A DNA stretch of 63,638 bases, filler included, from Octopus bimaculoides (GCF_001194135.2; 4 parts of 4 records of this genome joined end to end with filler, not necessarily neighbours in it); one strand, 5' to 3'; counted from the whole stretch's first letter, positions 24,400-36,590 are shown. The notes: generated by a model from the letters alone, not told the origin. Program-made: numbers and translations.

Positions 24400-24565
24400 A
24401 AGTGGTACATGCAATGTATTAGCAGACACCCAGGGAAGGAAACAATGGTAAATGTTATCTTCCTGACCACATGGTTCTGGTACATTGGATCACTGCCTTT
24501 CATTATAGCCCGTGGCCGATTAAAGCCTTGTGGGTTGATTTGGTAGGCGGAAGCTAAAAAATCCG
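24400..24565 (+). mobile_element. Old CORE-like SINE 5' half
   Basis: accacatggttctgg...ttatagcccgtggccgattaaagccttgtgggttgatttggtaggcggaa. Confidence 0.7.
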
Positions 24566-24924
24566 ATTGCGTGTGCGCATGTGTGTGTGCGTGAGAGGCA
24601 GAGAGTATGTGTGTATAAATATATATGTTCGTGTTCCAGCGTGAATTGGCTTGTCACTATCCACTAGAGAGTGAGTGCCTTCCCTCCTAATAATTTGTTA
24701 TGCTAATTTTATTAATCTGTCCTGGCTATGTACGAGTGGTGAATCACTGCCTCTCCATCTCTCGATGTTTTATAACCATCTCCTCAATCTTATTCCCCTT
24801 CTCATTATCTCATCGGTTTCCAGAAATATGCCATTGACATTCGATTTATTTTCTTCACAACACATATGATGCACAAACCGACCCACAGATACTGACACGA
24901 GTGCTTATACTTTCAAATATGTAT

Positions 24925-25090
24925 ATAGGCGAAGGAGTGGCTGTGTTGTAAATAGCTTGCTTACCAACCACGTGGTTCCGGGTTTAGTCCCACAGCGTAG
25001 CACCTTGGGCAAGGGTCTTCTACTATAACCTCGGGCTGACCAAAGCCTTGTGAGTGGTTTGGTACACGGAAACTGAAAGAAGCCAAACGT
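24925..25090 (+). mobile_element. CORE-like SINE 5' half
   Basis: ataggcgaaggagtggctgtg...gcaccttgggcaag...ggaaactgaaagaagcc. Confidence 0.9.
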
Positions 25091-25195
25091 ATATATGTCC
25101 TTTCCTGAGCGTACTGTAACACAATGTCCGTATCACGTCCTCACGTGATTGTTTTTTGCTGTTGTTTTTTTGTTGTTTTACTTGTTTGAACTCAC

Positions 25196-25227
<32 letters not shown>

Positions 25228-25869
25228 NNNNNNNNNNNNNNNNNNNNNNNNNNNNNNNNNNNNNNNNNNNNNNNNNNNNNNNNNNNNNNNNNNNNNNNNN
25301 NNNNNNNNNNNNNNNNNNNNNNNNNNNNNNNNNNNNNNNNNNNNNNNNNNNNNNNNNNNNNNNNNNNNNNNNNNNNNNNNNNNNNNNNNNNNNNNNNNNN
25401 NNNNNNNNNNNNNNNNNNNNNNNNNNNNNNNNNNNNNNNNNNNNNNNNNNNNNNNNNNNNNNNNNNNNNNNNNNNNNNNNNNNNNNNNNNNNNNNNNNNN
25501 NNNNNNNNNNNNNNNNNNNNNNNNNNNNNNNNNNNNNNNNNNNNNNNNNNNNNNNNNNNNNNNNNNNNNNNNNNNNNNNNNNNNNNNNNNNNNNNNNNNN
25601 NNNNNNNNNNNAATATAGTCCAAATATATATAAATATGCGCGCAAGTATACGTATACCTTTATTTGGCTATCCATGTACGCGCGCGCGTGTGTGTGTGTG
25701 CGTGTGTATACATAGTATTCTATTTATTGTAAATGGTGATATTTTGCTAATTGTGATTATAGCACGCCTTTTATTTTTGTAGTGAATGTAGACAAACAAC
25801 ATTGGATGTTGGTCAAATTTAGGAACACAAGTTATTTTATTCACTTGAAAATTTTCAGTGATATTTATA

Positions 25870-26225
25870 TATTCCCAATCACATGTTCCTGGGTTCAGTT
25901 TCACAGTACAACATCTTGGGCAAATGCTTCTACTACAGCCTCAAGTCAACCAAATTCTTGAGTGTAGTTTTGTTAGACGAAAACTGAAAGTATCCCATCC
26001 CATGTATGTATATACCTATCTATGTTTGTCCCTGCTCTCCAATTGATAACCGGTATTGGTGTGTGTATATCCACGTTTCTTAGGCGTTCAGTAAAAGATA
26101 CCGTCAGAATATGCACTGGGTTTTGAAATAGTCCTAGGGCCGATTTGTTCGACTACAACGCTTCGAGGGAGTGCTCCAGCATGAACACGGTCATATGAAT
26201 AAAACAAGTAAAATGGATAAAAGGA
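25870..26225 (+). mobile_element. Old full-length CORE-like SINE
   Basis: cacatgttcctgggttcagt...cttgggcaaatg...tttgtccc...gctccagcatg. Confidence 0.75.
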
Positions 26226-27294
26226 TATCATTTGTGTAATCTAAACTATTTGGAGCTAATGGTTAATTATAAGTATCCAATCACATATGCAAATTGTAAT
26301 AATCATTCATTGTAATAATCATTCCAGTTGCATATTAAGACGCTAAGAAGTCGGTAAGCTTTGGCGAAACACGATACTAACTGCTTCGCTCAACTACTTG
26401 ACAGATTGTACAGGCTAAAACATTTGAAAATTCGGTCGCAGCCTTCACACCATCCATAGCTCTTGTTCTGTAACGTGACATACCTACTAGATTAAATCTT
26501 CGACATGATCTTCCTGCCCCGGCTGCCACACAAACAGAATGAAGAAATTTATTCCAGAATTTTGTCCGTGATTTTAATCTTAGGAGGACTAGTTATTGAT
26601 TGTTATGTTTAATGCTATGCCTGGAGAAAGTGGAAATTTGACGTTTGCTCGTTTCGGAGTCTTTATAAAATACGGCAAACTGGCACACGCACGCGTGAAT
26701 TAGTTAATGTGTGTGTGCGTGGGCGTGTCAGCTAGTGTATGTGTGTGTGTGTGTGTGTAATTTACGAGGTCTTTCAAATAGTTGTAACCGTCATGAAATA
26801 TATATTGACTGATGAACAGTGGTGGCTCGTGCATAGGAACTGCAGAACTGCAGCACCCTCTCTTTCCAGTCAATATTATCGATAACATTCAATATAATGA
26901 GTCAGTTTTTCTTTAATTCTTCTTTATACTTGTACATTATATAGTCCTTAAGCTTAATGTCAGTAGCCATCCCCTAGCTTATGAAAAAAAAATCCAAAAC
27001 ACCTTGTATAGAATTGGGCGCTTCACAGTTCCAGCGACGGATATTTGGCTTTTGGGCGTATGCTCATATGTCCAACATAGAAAGCTTCACACTAGGGAGA
27101 GAGATCACTGCGTGAACGACAGGCCAGATGAAAGGTAGTGTTTCAGTTTGACTCCGCGTGGGTTGTGCTTAAAAACGTGTTTATATTCTTGTATGTGATA
27201 AAATCTAGAATTAGATTATTATCCTGCTTCTATCTTCAGTGTTGCTACCAGGATTTGAGAAATAATGCACTCCACTTATTTTGTGATTTAAGCA

Positions 27295-27603
27295 GGACTT
27301 ATTCTTTGTAAGTATTTATTCTATAGGTCACTTTTGCCGAAGCACTCGGTTACGGGAACGTAAACACACCAGCATCGGTTGTCACGCGATCTTGGGGTTA
27401 CACACACAGACACACAAACATATACACACACATACATATATATAAATATATACGACGAGCTTCTACTAAATCCACTCATAAGGCTTTGGTCGGTCCGAGT
27501 CTATAGTAGAAGACACTTGCCCAAGGTGCCACGCAGTGGGACTGAACCCGGAACTATGTGGTTGGTAAGCAAGCTACTTATCACACAGCCTCTCTTGCGC
27601 CTT
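27295..27603 (-). mobile_element. CORE-like SINE, near full length
   Basis: ...acttgcccaaggtgccacgcagtgggactgaacccggaactatgtggttggtaagcaagctac...gcgcct. Confidence 0.9.
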
Positions 27604-27893
27604 TATATGTTTGTTTCCTTTTACACAATATTAAAACGATGGCTAAAAATGTTCTCAAACAGCACGCCAACTAATTTTATTTACAAGCCGACACTGCTGA
27701 AGAAGATTCCGAGTGAATTTTAAAATATAATCAACATAAATAAATCATTGCTACGAGAAAATTAATTAGCAGGTAAGCCATAGGAGTCACAGCAATCATA
27801 GGACTAAGCACCGTTAGTTCATAAGAGATCAATATAAATATTCTGTATTATATATAAAATAAACAAAACACAGTCTATTTATTCATTGAATGC

Positions 27894-28352
27894 ATAGGCG
27901 CAGGAGTGGCTGTGCGAATTGGCGCAGGAGTGGTTGTGTGGATAGGCGCAGGAGTGGCTGTGTGGATAGGCGTGGGAGTGGCTGTGTGAATACACACAGG
28001 ATTGGCTGTGGTAAGTAGCTTGCTTACCAGCCACATGGTTCCGAGTTCAGTCCCACTGCGTAGCACCTTGTGCAACTGTCTTCTACTATAGCCTCGGCTG
28101 ACCAAAGCCTTGTAAGCGGATTTGGTAGACGGAAACTCAAAGAAGCCCGTCGGATATATGTATATGTATATACATATATATATATATATATGTGTTTTTT
28201 TGTGTCTATGTTTGTCCCCCCCCCACACACACACAAAATCGCTTGACAACCGATGCTGATGTGTTTACGTCTCCGTATACATCCTGGGGTCGGTTTGCTC
28301 GACTAAAGGTGGTGCCGCAGCATGGCCGCAGTGAAATTACTGAAACAAGTAA
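27894..28352 (+). mobile_element. CORE-like SINE with five tandem 24-bp head units
   Basis: Unit starts at 27894, 27918, 27942, 27966 and 27990 (ataggcgcaggagtggctgtgtgg), followed by the normal body and a deleted tail. Confidence 0.92.
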
Positions 28353-29837
28353 TATACCATAAGAATACGTCTGCTAAATGCTTGTTTCAAATTATAGAAA
28401 CACTGTTAGTCATATTGTAAATTGTAAACATTATACCCTGAAGGTGTTCACCCTGGGAAATACATTTAGCGAATGGCTTTCTTCCGTATGGCAGGTTATA
28501 TAGAAATGTAATCTGTTATATAATCTGCTATAGATTCCCACTGACGAAACGCTACAGTGTTTCGCATTTATACGTAAAGATTGCATTGGATACAAAACTA
28601 ATACTCGCCGTTATTACTGTACTGCTGTTATTTTCGGAGATGGGCAATACCAATGCTAACAAAGGAGCACGTACGTGTTTACTCGACCTGCTAGTAGTGG
28701 CAGTCCAGCCACACTCAATCTTCATAACAAAATGAAGAAAACATTAGATAATGTATAATTAGACAGATTAAGACCTGGTGGTCAGTCAGTACATTGTTTT
28801 GAGCATGGGCCAAAGCAATATAATGATGGATGTAAGATTACCTTAAAAATAATTTAGCAAAAAATAATTACAATTCAAAGCAAGATAATTCGAGACGGAG
28901 TAATTAAGAAGAGCATTGGCTCAGATAAGTGCATATGGAAGAGATTTATGTTCTGAATCCAAGAGCGGATAAGTAAAATTATAGTTTACTATGTTATTTT
29001 GTTATTTTGATTCTTTTGTTAATTCAAATTACGAAACCAAGTCTTGCTTTATTTCCTGCTACGAATGTTCTTTTTATTTAAAAGGTAATAGTGGAGTGGG
29101 GAGCTGAAAAAAGAAAACGTTCACTGCAATCTGTACATCGTTAAATCCTGGGGGAGACATTGCAGTTCTGATATGCGTGGTAATTTCTAATTTAAGAATT
29201 CGAGATCCATAAATCATATGAATACCTCACCAAAGCACGAAGAAGTAAGAGAGAGAGAGAGAGAGATGGAGAGAGAGAGAGGAGATACTCTGTGTGTGTG
29301 TGTATATGTATGTCTGTGTGTGTAGTGTGTGTGTGTGTGTGAGGTGGGGGAAGAAGGATAAAAAAGCATTATTTGTAAAAATGAAAAGCAAAATTCGGAG
29401 TCGCTTGCAGAAACGTTTTAATAAACCAGGGTGCAAGCAAGTGTAATAATTCAATTTCACATCATTCGAATAATATAAAGTGAATATATAAGGCAATAAA
29501 ATTTAGTCACCCTTCAATGGTTGAAGAAAAAAGTAAAATACTGCAGTGTATTTTTAATACTAGTGACTGCCTCGGAAAGAACTGATTTCAATAGTCAAGA
29601 GACACGGAGTGACTGGAATGTGAAAAAAGTTGAGTCGAGGCATCGTAAAGAAAAAAACTGTATCTTCTGCTGCTTCTACTGCTTTTTCTCCGTCTACTTC
29701 TGATTCTTTTTTCATTCCTCGTTGTCTTCTTACTAATGCTGTTGGTTATGGTGTGTTATGCTGTTGCGTCTGTTACAGTTTCTATTATATTGTCGTTTCC
29801 GTTGTCATTATTTTTGCCGGCTACGTTAGAAACAAAA

Positions 29838-29915
29838 TCTTCTTCTTCTTCTTCTTCTTCTTCTTCTTCTTCTTCTTCTTCTTCTTCTTCTTCTTCTTCT
29901 TCTTCTTCTTCTTCT
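29838..29915 (+). repeat. (TTC)n microsatellite running into a gap
   Basis: Perfect run. Confidence 0.98.
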
Positions 29916-30029
29916 NNNNNNNNNNNNNNNNNNNNNNNNNNNNNNNNNNNNNNNNNNNNNNNNNNNNNNNNNNNNNNNNNNNNNNNNNNNNNNNNNNNNN
30001 NNNNNNNNNNNNNCTCCTCCACAACCTCC

Positions 30030-30641
30030 ATCTCGCCTCTTCTTCTAACTATTATACGTTTTGTTTTTCTTTTAAACTCAGGTTTTGCTGGAACACCTGG
30101 AGTCTTGCATGCGTAGCGGGCTTGCTGTCTGCGGCCTACGGTACCAAGCTATTTGTTCTTTTCAGCTAATACTTGCCTGATTGATCTGGCGTATCAAGGA
30201 AGAAAACCTTTTGTATTCCGAATTCCTTCATATCCTTCTTGTTGCCTTCTGAAACAATCTCCAAGGGCCCAATAATAATCGGCATTATATTCACCTTCTT
30301 CATTTTCCATAGCCGCGATATTTTGCACTTAAGAGGAGTGTATACATATTTTTTTTTTGTCTTTACTACTTAACTATTCGTGGGTTAAAGGGACACGCAA
30401 CATCAAATATATAGCACATGTGATGCACCTTGTCCCCCAGCACCTTGTCCGGTTTGTTATGTTCTAGCACCTGATCTCTTTGGATTTGGAAATTCCACAG
30501 AATTATGCAGATCTCCGACTCCGTCACTCACTGACGTTTGTGCTTATACTATTTCTAGCCTCCCTCTAGGCTCCACTTTACACACAATTTCCAATGTAGC
30601 ACTTTCGCTAACTCATCGTGTCACCATAACTTGTAAGCCGT
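30030..30641 (-). mobile_element. R4/Dong-type non-LTR retrotransposon remnant (restriction-like endonuclease region, 3' end)
   Basis: Minus-strand RHDELAKVLHWKLCVKW...IILWNFQIQ...HNKPDKV...FDVACPF...LKCKISRLWKMKKVNIMPIIIGPL...IRQVL (RHD and PD..D..D-type RLE motifs, with stops and frameshifts). Confidence 0.85.
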
Positions 30642-30798
30642 GGTATCAAAAGGTTCCTGGAGTAATTATGTTTAAAACAAAATAACCTACTTACCTAAGT
30701 TTTAGCATCATCTCATTCGAAATAGTCACCTTGCGTAGCACTACACCGGCCTCAGCGTTCGAACCACTTTTGGAATTCGGCCTGGAAGTTGTTTTCCC
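30642..30798 (-). mobile_element. Mariner 3' end (TIR plus transposase C-terminus)
   Basis: Minus-strand ENNFQAEFQKWFER*GRCSATQGDYFE*D; TIR-like ggtatcaaaaggttcctgg. Confidence 0.8.
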
Positions 30799-31361
30799 CA
30801 AATTTCAGGCCTTGCGCATACATAAGAAAGGATTGTAGGTGCAAGGCAGCGAAAGCTTTCTTTACGCACTCGATCATTGCTGACACGTGAAATTAAATCG
30901 AAAAATTGCTAAGGAATACGGTTATCAGCTGGGACCATTGTGACGACTGCATCCATATCGCGTGACTTTGGTATTAAAAAAAAAACATTTTGTGCGGACG
31001 AGATTGAAATAACTGAAGATAGATACAGTCAGCCATGACCGCATCAACTTTTTCAAGTTTAAAATGACAAGTAAATTTAGGGTGGAGAAGAAAGTTATGC
31101 CTCCCAGTGAATTTATTGAAAGGTTGAAGGGAGAGTTGAACATGGTCTAAGTGTACGAACAAATACCTGTAAACTGGAGGAGGACAGTTGGGGGAGGGCA
31201 TTTGTAAGGCTTCCAGAAGTAGACATCAGAACATTGCCAACTGTTTATTTTTTGAGACGTGCTTTTCACTTGAATTTTATCTGTTATATAAGTCTACACT
31301 GTGCCTTGCTCGACTTTTGTCAACACTCTGTGGTTAATAGAAAAAAAGCATCCTTTCGTTG

Positions 31362-31521
31362 TCTTCTTCTTCTTCTTCTTCTTCTTCTTCTTCTTCTTCT
31401 TCTTCTTCTTCTTCTTCTTCTTCTTCTTCTGCTTCTTCTTCTTCTTCTTCTTCTGCTTCTTCTTCTTCTTCTTCTTCTTCTTCTTCTTCTTCTTCTTCTT
31501 CTTCTTCTTCTTCTTCTTCTT
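31362..31521 (+). repeat. (TTC)n microsatellite with two TGC interruptions
   Basis: Visible run into a gap. Confidence 0.98.
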
Positions 31522-33149
31522 NNNNNNNNNNNNNNNNNNNNNNNNNNNNNNNNNNNNNNNNNNNNNNNNNNNNNNNNNNNNNNNNNNNNNNNNNNNNNNN
31601 NNNNNNNNNNNNNNNNNNNNNNNNNNNNNNNNNNNNNNNNNNNNNNNNNNNNNNNNNNNNNNNNNNNNNNNNNNNNNNNNNNNNNNNNNNNNNNNNNNNN
31701 NNNNNNNNNNNNNNNNNNNNNNNNNNNNNNNNNNNNNNNNNNNNNNNNNNNNNNNNNNNNNNNNNNNNNNNNNNNNNNNNNNNNNNNNNNNNNNNNNNNN
31801 NNNNNNNNNNNNNNNNNNNNNNNNNNNNNNNNNNNNNNNNNNNNNNNNNNNNNNNNNNNNNNNNNNNNNNNNNNNNNNNNNNNNNNNNNNNNNNNNNNNN
31901 NNNNNCATATATATATATATATATATATATGTATGTTTATAGAGACATATATAGATATATACATGTAAATGTCTATTCCTACCTGGTGGTTGTATAATAT
32001 TTGACCTCGCCTCATATCTTTCTTTCTGCTGTGACAGTTCCACATACGATAAATTGCAGGGAACTTCTAGGGTATAAATTATTTTTGTAGAGGTATGCAG
32101 GAAATGTGGTAATATTTCGTTAGTTATACAATTGTATTGTGTTGAAGTAAGTCCCAAGATGATTATGCATTTTGTTTTGGGGGGATTCAAGAAATGAAAT
32201 ATATGCAGTCATTTCATCTCAACATGATTTATAGCGGTGTTCCTTCTATTATAATTAAACATTGCTTCCCAACTGGTCATTGTACCCACTAAAGAGTTAT
32301 GCCTTCCTCATCTTACCTGTATCAAAAATTACTCACGCAGACATGCTACATACAACCTTTTAGCCCCTATGAACAGTTGACATATTAGTTTTACTTCCAA
32401 TGTGTAGTGAAAATGGACGTAGATGAAAACTTTATTATCGTTTGTTTCTTACCTTCCTGAATTGAGAAGAAGTAGGAACGTGATGACCACGGGAGCCAGA
32501 AGGGAACATAATGCTATTAGATATGCTAGAAATAGCAACCAACTATCAACTTCACTAATAAAAATCTACTGCTTTTTTTTTTAAGCAGGGAACTTCATGA
32601 CAGTTATTCAGTTGTAAGATACAGAACGTTACAAACAGAAGTGATGATGAAGATAGAAATAATTTTATAATAATGATGTTCTCTAAAAGAAGACCATGGG
32701 TTAAACATCCTCAACAAAACATTAACCAAATGACCATCGGTGTGTAGCTGGATTCTTATTTCAAACATAATATGATTCATCTTTTAATTGTAACCGACTT
32801 AAAGAAAAATGTTCAAAGTTCATATTACAGTCAAGTATTACGAGGAAATATACGATGGAAAAGTTGCTCTCCTTAATATACATTTAACTATTGAAGTATA
32901 TCTATATAAGTATAGAAAGCTGACAATCCGTTCACTCACCATCTATTATAATGTCCCACAATAACTCATAACTTACATTGAGTCTCACACCGCCTGTCTC
33001 TGAGATAATGAAATGGATGCGAAACATACTACACGTCTTCTTTCTTTCTCTCGCCCTCTCTATCTCTCTTCATGGCATTGACCCTCTCTGGGTAGAATTA
33101 TCACATTATCACAGCGCAAACGACAAATGTTAGCTTCCAAAGAAGAATA

Positions 33150-33277
33150 GGTACTGGTACTTATTTCATCGGTCCTGAAGTGTGAACGGCAAAGTTGACC
33201 TTGGTGAAATATTACTTTAGAAGGTAAAGACGAACAAAATGCCGCTAATCATTTCACTCGGCGTAATAGCGATTCCA
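33150..33277 (-). mobile_element. Old OK-like SINE fragment
   Basis: tactggtacttatttcatcg...ggcaaagttgacct...ccgctaatcatttcactcggcg. Confidence 0.7.
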
Positions 33278-34238
33278 TCACGAATAATATAGTTCTCTTT
33301 AAAATCAATTTATCAAAGGGTCCACTTCGAGCTTTATAGATTAATGGCTCGTATTATATTTTCCTGTTTTTTTTTTCCATTGACAGTCACCGATGTTTTA
33401 TTGTCAGGGAAAGATTTTCGTCTATGTCGCTGTTTATTTTTATACTCCTTTTATTTTTGGGTTTGCCTGAGTAAATTTTATGGAAAATTAGCTGCAATAT
33501 TAACTTTAACTGTCCAATGTCTCTTAATATAAGGTAAGTGGATGTAATTGGCTGCCTTAAACTAACATAAACAAGAACAACGGAACACAGGTTATTTCAA
33601 TTATAATTTTAAACTCCAATCTGCTAGTGTTCAGTTGTAGCGTAAATTTCTTGAAAACGGTGACGATATAACCAAACGAAAACACCAAACTAGCTGGAGA
33701 AATTTGGTCGAAGCGTGAATACTTCAAAATTGTCAAATTTTTTTAAACGCCTAATCAGCGTTCTGTATCTTCGAAAACATTGTTTTTAATGTTTAGTGAT
33801 GTAAGAATTAGCTGCTTCAAAATGTCCAGTAATGTCATTTATGACCATCTTCTCTAACGTATACATTGATACTAGAGCAACGTTGATACTTGCTATGTAT
33901 ATATATATATATATATATATATANNNNNNNNNNNNNNNNNNNNNNNNNNNNNNNNNNNNNNNNNNNNNNNNNNNNNNNNNNNNNNNNNNNNNNNNNNNNN
34001 NNNNNNNNNNNNNNNNNNNNNNNNNNNNNNNNNNNNNNNNNNNNNNNNNNNNNNNNNNNNNNNNNNNNNNNNNNNNNNNNNNNNNNNNNNNNNNNNNNNN
34101 NNNNNNNNNNNNNNNNNNNNNNNNNNNNNNNNNNNNNNNNNNNNNNNNNNNNNNNNNNNNNNNNNNNNNNNNNNNNNNNNNNNNNNNNNNNNNNNNNNNN
34201 NNNNNNNNNNNNNNNNNNNNNNNNNNNNNNNNTATATG

Positions 34239-34269
<31 letters not shown>

Positions 34270-34370
34270 AGGCAGTAATATCTTGACTATCGCGGGTGCT
34301 ATGTTCCAAACTACCTCCCGATAAGGTGAACATCCGCGAAGTAGAGACAGTACTGTATTCTCTTTTTATG

Positions 34371-34640
34371 CTTTTGCTCTTTTATTTGTTTCAGTCATTT
34401 GACTGCGGCCATGCTGGAGCACCGCCTTTAGGCGAACAAATCGACTCCAGGAATTATTCTTTGTAAGCCTAGTACTTATTCCATCCGTCTCTTTTGCCGA
34501 ACCTCTAAGATACGGGGGCATAAGCACACTACTATCGGCTGTCAAGTGATGGTGGTGGGGGACAAATAGAGACACACAAACATACACACACACACGCACA
34601 CACATACACACACACACACGCGCACACACACATACACACG

Positions 34641-34671
<31 letters not shown>

Positions 34672-34797
34672 GTATCTATATATATACATACGTTGAGCTT
34701 CTTTCAATGTCCGTCTACCAAACCCACTCACAAGATTGTGACCCAAGGTGCCACACAGTGGGACTGAACCCGGAACTATGTGCTTAGTAAGCAAGCT
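34371..34797 (-). mobile_element. Near full-length CORE-like SINE with internal (CA)/(TA) tract
   Basis: tttcagtcatttgactgcggccatgctggagcaccgcc...gggacaaa...cccaaggtgccacacagtgggactgaaccc. Confidence 0.92.
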
Positions 34798-34831
34798 GTA
34801 TATATATTTATTTTTTATTTGTATATATTGA

Positions 34832-34928
34832 TTTCATTATAAATGCAAAATAGCGCCACCGAGGAATTGGCGTTAGCTTAAATAATAAACCGCGATAAGA
34901 GAACCGCGATATGGCGAATGATCACTTT
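34832..34928. mobile_element. Second copy of the pogo/Tigger-like terminal fragment
   Basis: tttcattataaatgcaaaa...gaggaatt...gcttaaataataaaccgcgata...aaccgcgatatggcga aligns with 20832-20939. Confidence 0.55.
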
Positions 34929-36446
34929 ATGTGTGTTTGTGTGTGTGTGTTTTGTGTGTGTGTGTATGTGTATGGGTTTGTCTGCATGTGTGTGTGTAAT
35001 ATATGTGTGTATGTGTGTGTGAGTTTAACTCTTAAATACGATTTTATAGAAAATATTTACCATCAAGAGAATTCCTAACGCAATATACCTAAGGCTTGCA
35101 GTAAAATTGAATCCGCAAACGTTATGTTAAATTTTTAAACAAATTCAAAGCCATGATATCATTTTCCAATTTATAATATTCCTTTTTTAATGACAGCAAT
35201 AAAATTAAAGCTAATTTCATCTTTCATATTAATGTTTACAATAAAATGAAAACCATGCAGTTTCTTAAGTGTTACACTATAATCAAAGCGAGATGCAATT
35301 TTCATTTGCATATTATTAACAAAATGAAAGCTACCATATCATTCGATAAAGACAAGGGATACAATAAAATTAATGCAATTAAACATTTATAAAGTCTATG
35401 ATGAAATTAAAACTATGTTTACTGTAGCATTATAACATTTCAGCTGTTTGTATGATATCGGATAAAAGTAAATTGCTCAAATGTTTACATCAATTACAGC
35501 GATGGAAAATAGGGTATGAGGAACATACAAAATAAGCTTGTATTCGGTATTTAAAATATTTAAATACACATTTATTAATCGTTAAATTTTTTTAATTAGC
35601 TTTATTTCTGTTATAGTTATTTACTAATTCTCTATTTAGAAGGTATTTTATTAATACATTTCAGGATAAAAATATAAGCAGCACGTCTACTACAAGTGTA
35701 TTCAACTAGATAGTTTGCATACCACTTTTAGTTAGATATGTCAAACGCCATTTGCAAAGGTTTAACCCTAGTCGTACACTACACGAACAAAAGGATGTTT
35801 AAACTTCCCCGGCTATGATTAATTTGTATTTATATAATGCACAAATGTTACAAGACCACATTTTCAAATAAGTAATGGTCTGAGAGAGTAGAGCATTCTC
35901 TCAAATATATTACGTTGATTTTTCCTTGCAGATTGATTCAAGTAGTTCACACTTATATATCAAAATGTAAAAGTGTATTGTAAGATCTTTTTGTGGTTCA
36001 CTAAAATATCATGACTTCTGCAAATTCTCTCGTTATAATTTTCCGGATAACTTGTGAAAAGTGCTTATACTTATAATACACATCAGGAACTTTAACTAAA
36101 TTCGAATCTTAAGTATAATCGATCTGCTCAAAGGAAAACAGTCTGTTATGTAATGAATATTTCTTCTCGCATAAATTACAATTCCTTTTGAAGTAGTTTG
36201 CTGGATTTTGGTATATCCGTAAAAAAATATCAAATGTCTTCAAATTTCCAAACTTTTCTATTAACATGGTCTTTTTTTTTTTCGATCTCATTTTTTTTTT
36301 TCATAGTACTGCGAAACATAACTTTTATCCTTGGGTAGCAACTGTTACGTCTTATTTACTTACCCCTAGAAATATGAAAAATGACTAATATTTCCTTCAA
36401 ACTTACTTTTTGTTACATTTATTCAATCCCAAAAAATCCTTGTCAA

Positions 36447-36590
36447 CAAATGGCGTCCTGAGTTCAAATTTCACGAAGGTCGACTTAACGTTTCATCACG
36501 GAGCAGTCGATGAAAGAAGTAACAGTTGAGGACTGAAATCGATGTGATCGATTTACACTCTCTTCTGAAATTGCAGGCCTTATGCCAAAT
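36447..36590 (+). mobile_element. Old OK-like SINE fragment
   Basis: cgtcctgagttcaaatt...gtcgactt...gatgtgatcgatttac...ggccttatgcc. Confidence 0.65.

Noticed and set aside
26818-26865. cagtggtggctcgtg... possible hAT-like terminus, and mariner-like TIR fragments near 26763 and 37968
   Set aside because: Single short ends with no partner TIR, TSD or coding remnant; too weak to call.
27894-28015. Regularly spaced 24-bp repeats superficially like a CRISPR array
   Set aside because: The units are contiguous with no spacers, are the 5' end of a SINE, and there are no cas genes in this eukaryotic context.
28540-28566. ctgacgaaacgctacagtgtttcg hairpin, and ctgacg...cgaaacg at about 54868-54890, as possible hammerheads
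   Set aside because: The CTGANGA and GAAA elements are not arranged around a stem II with stems I and III; these are simple hairpins or chance matches.
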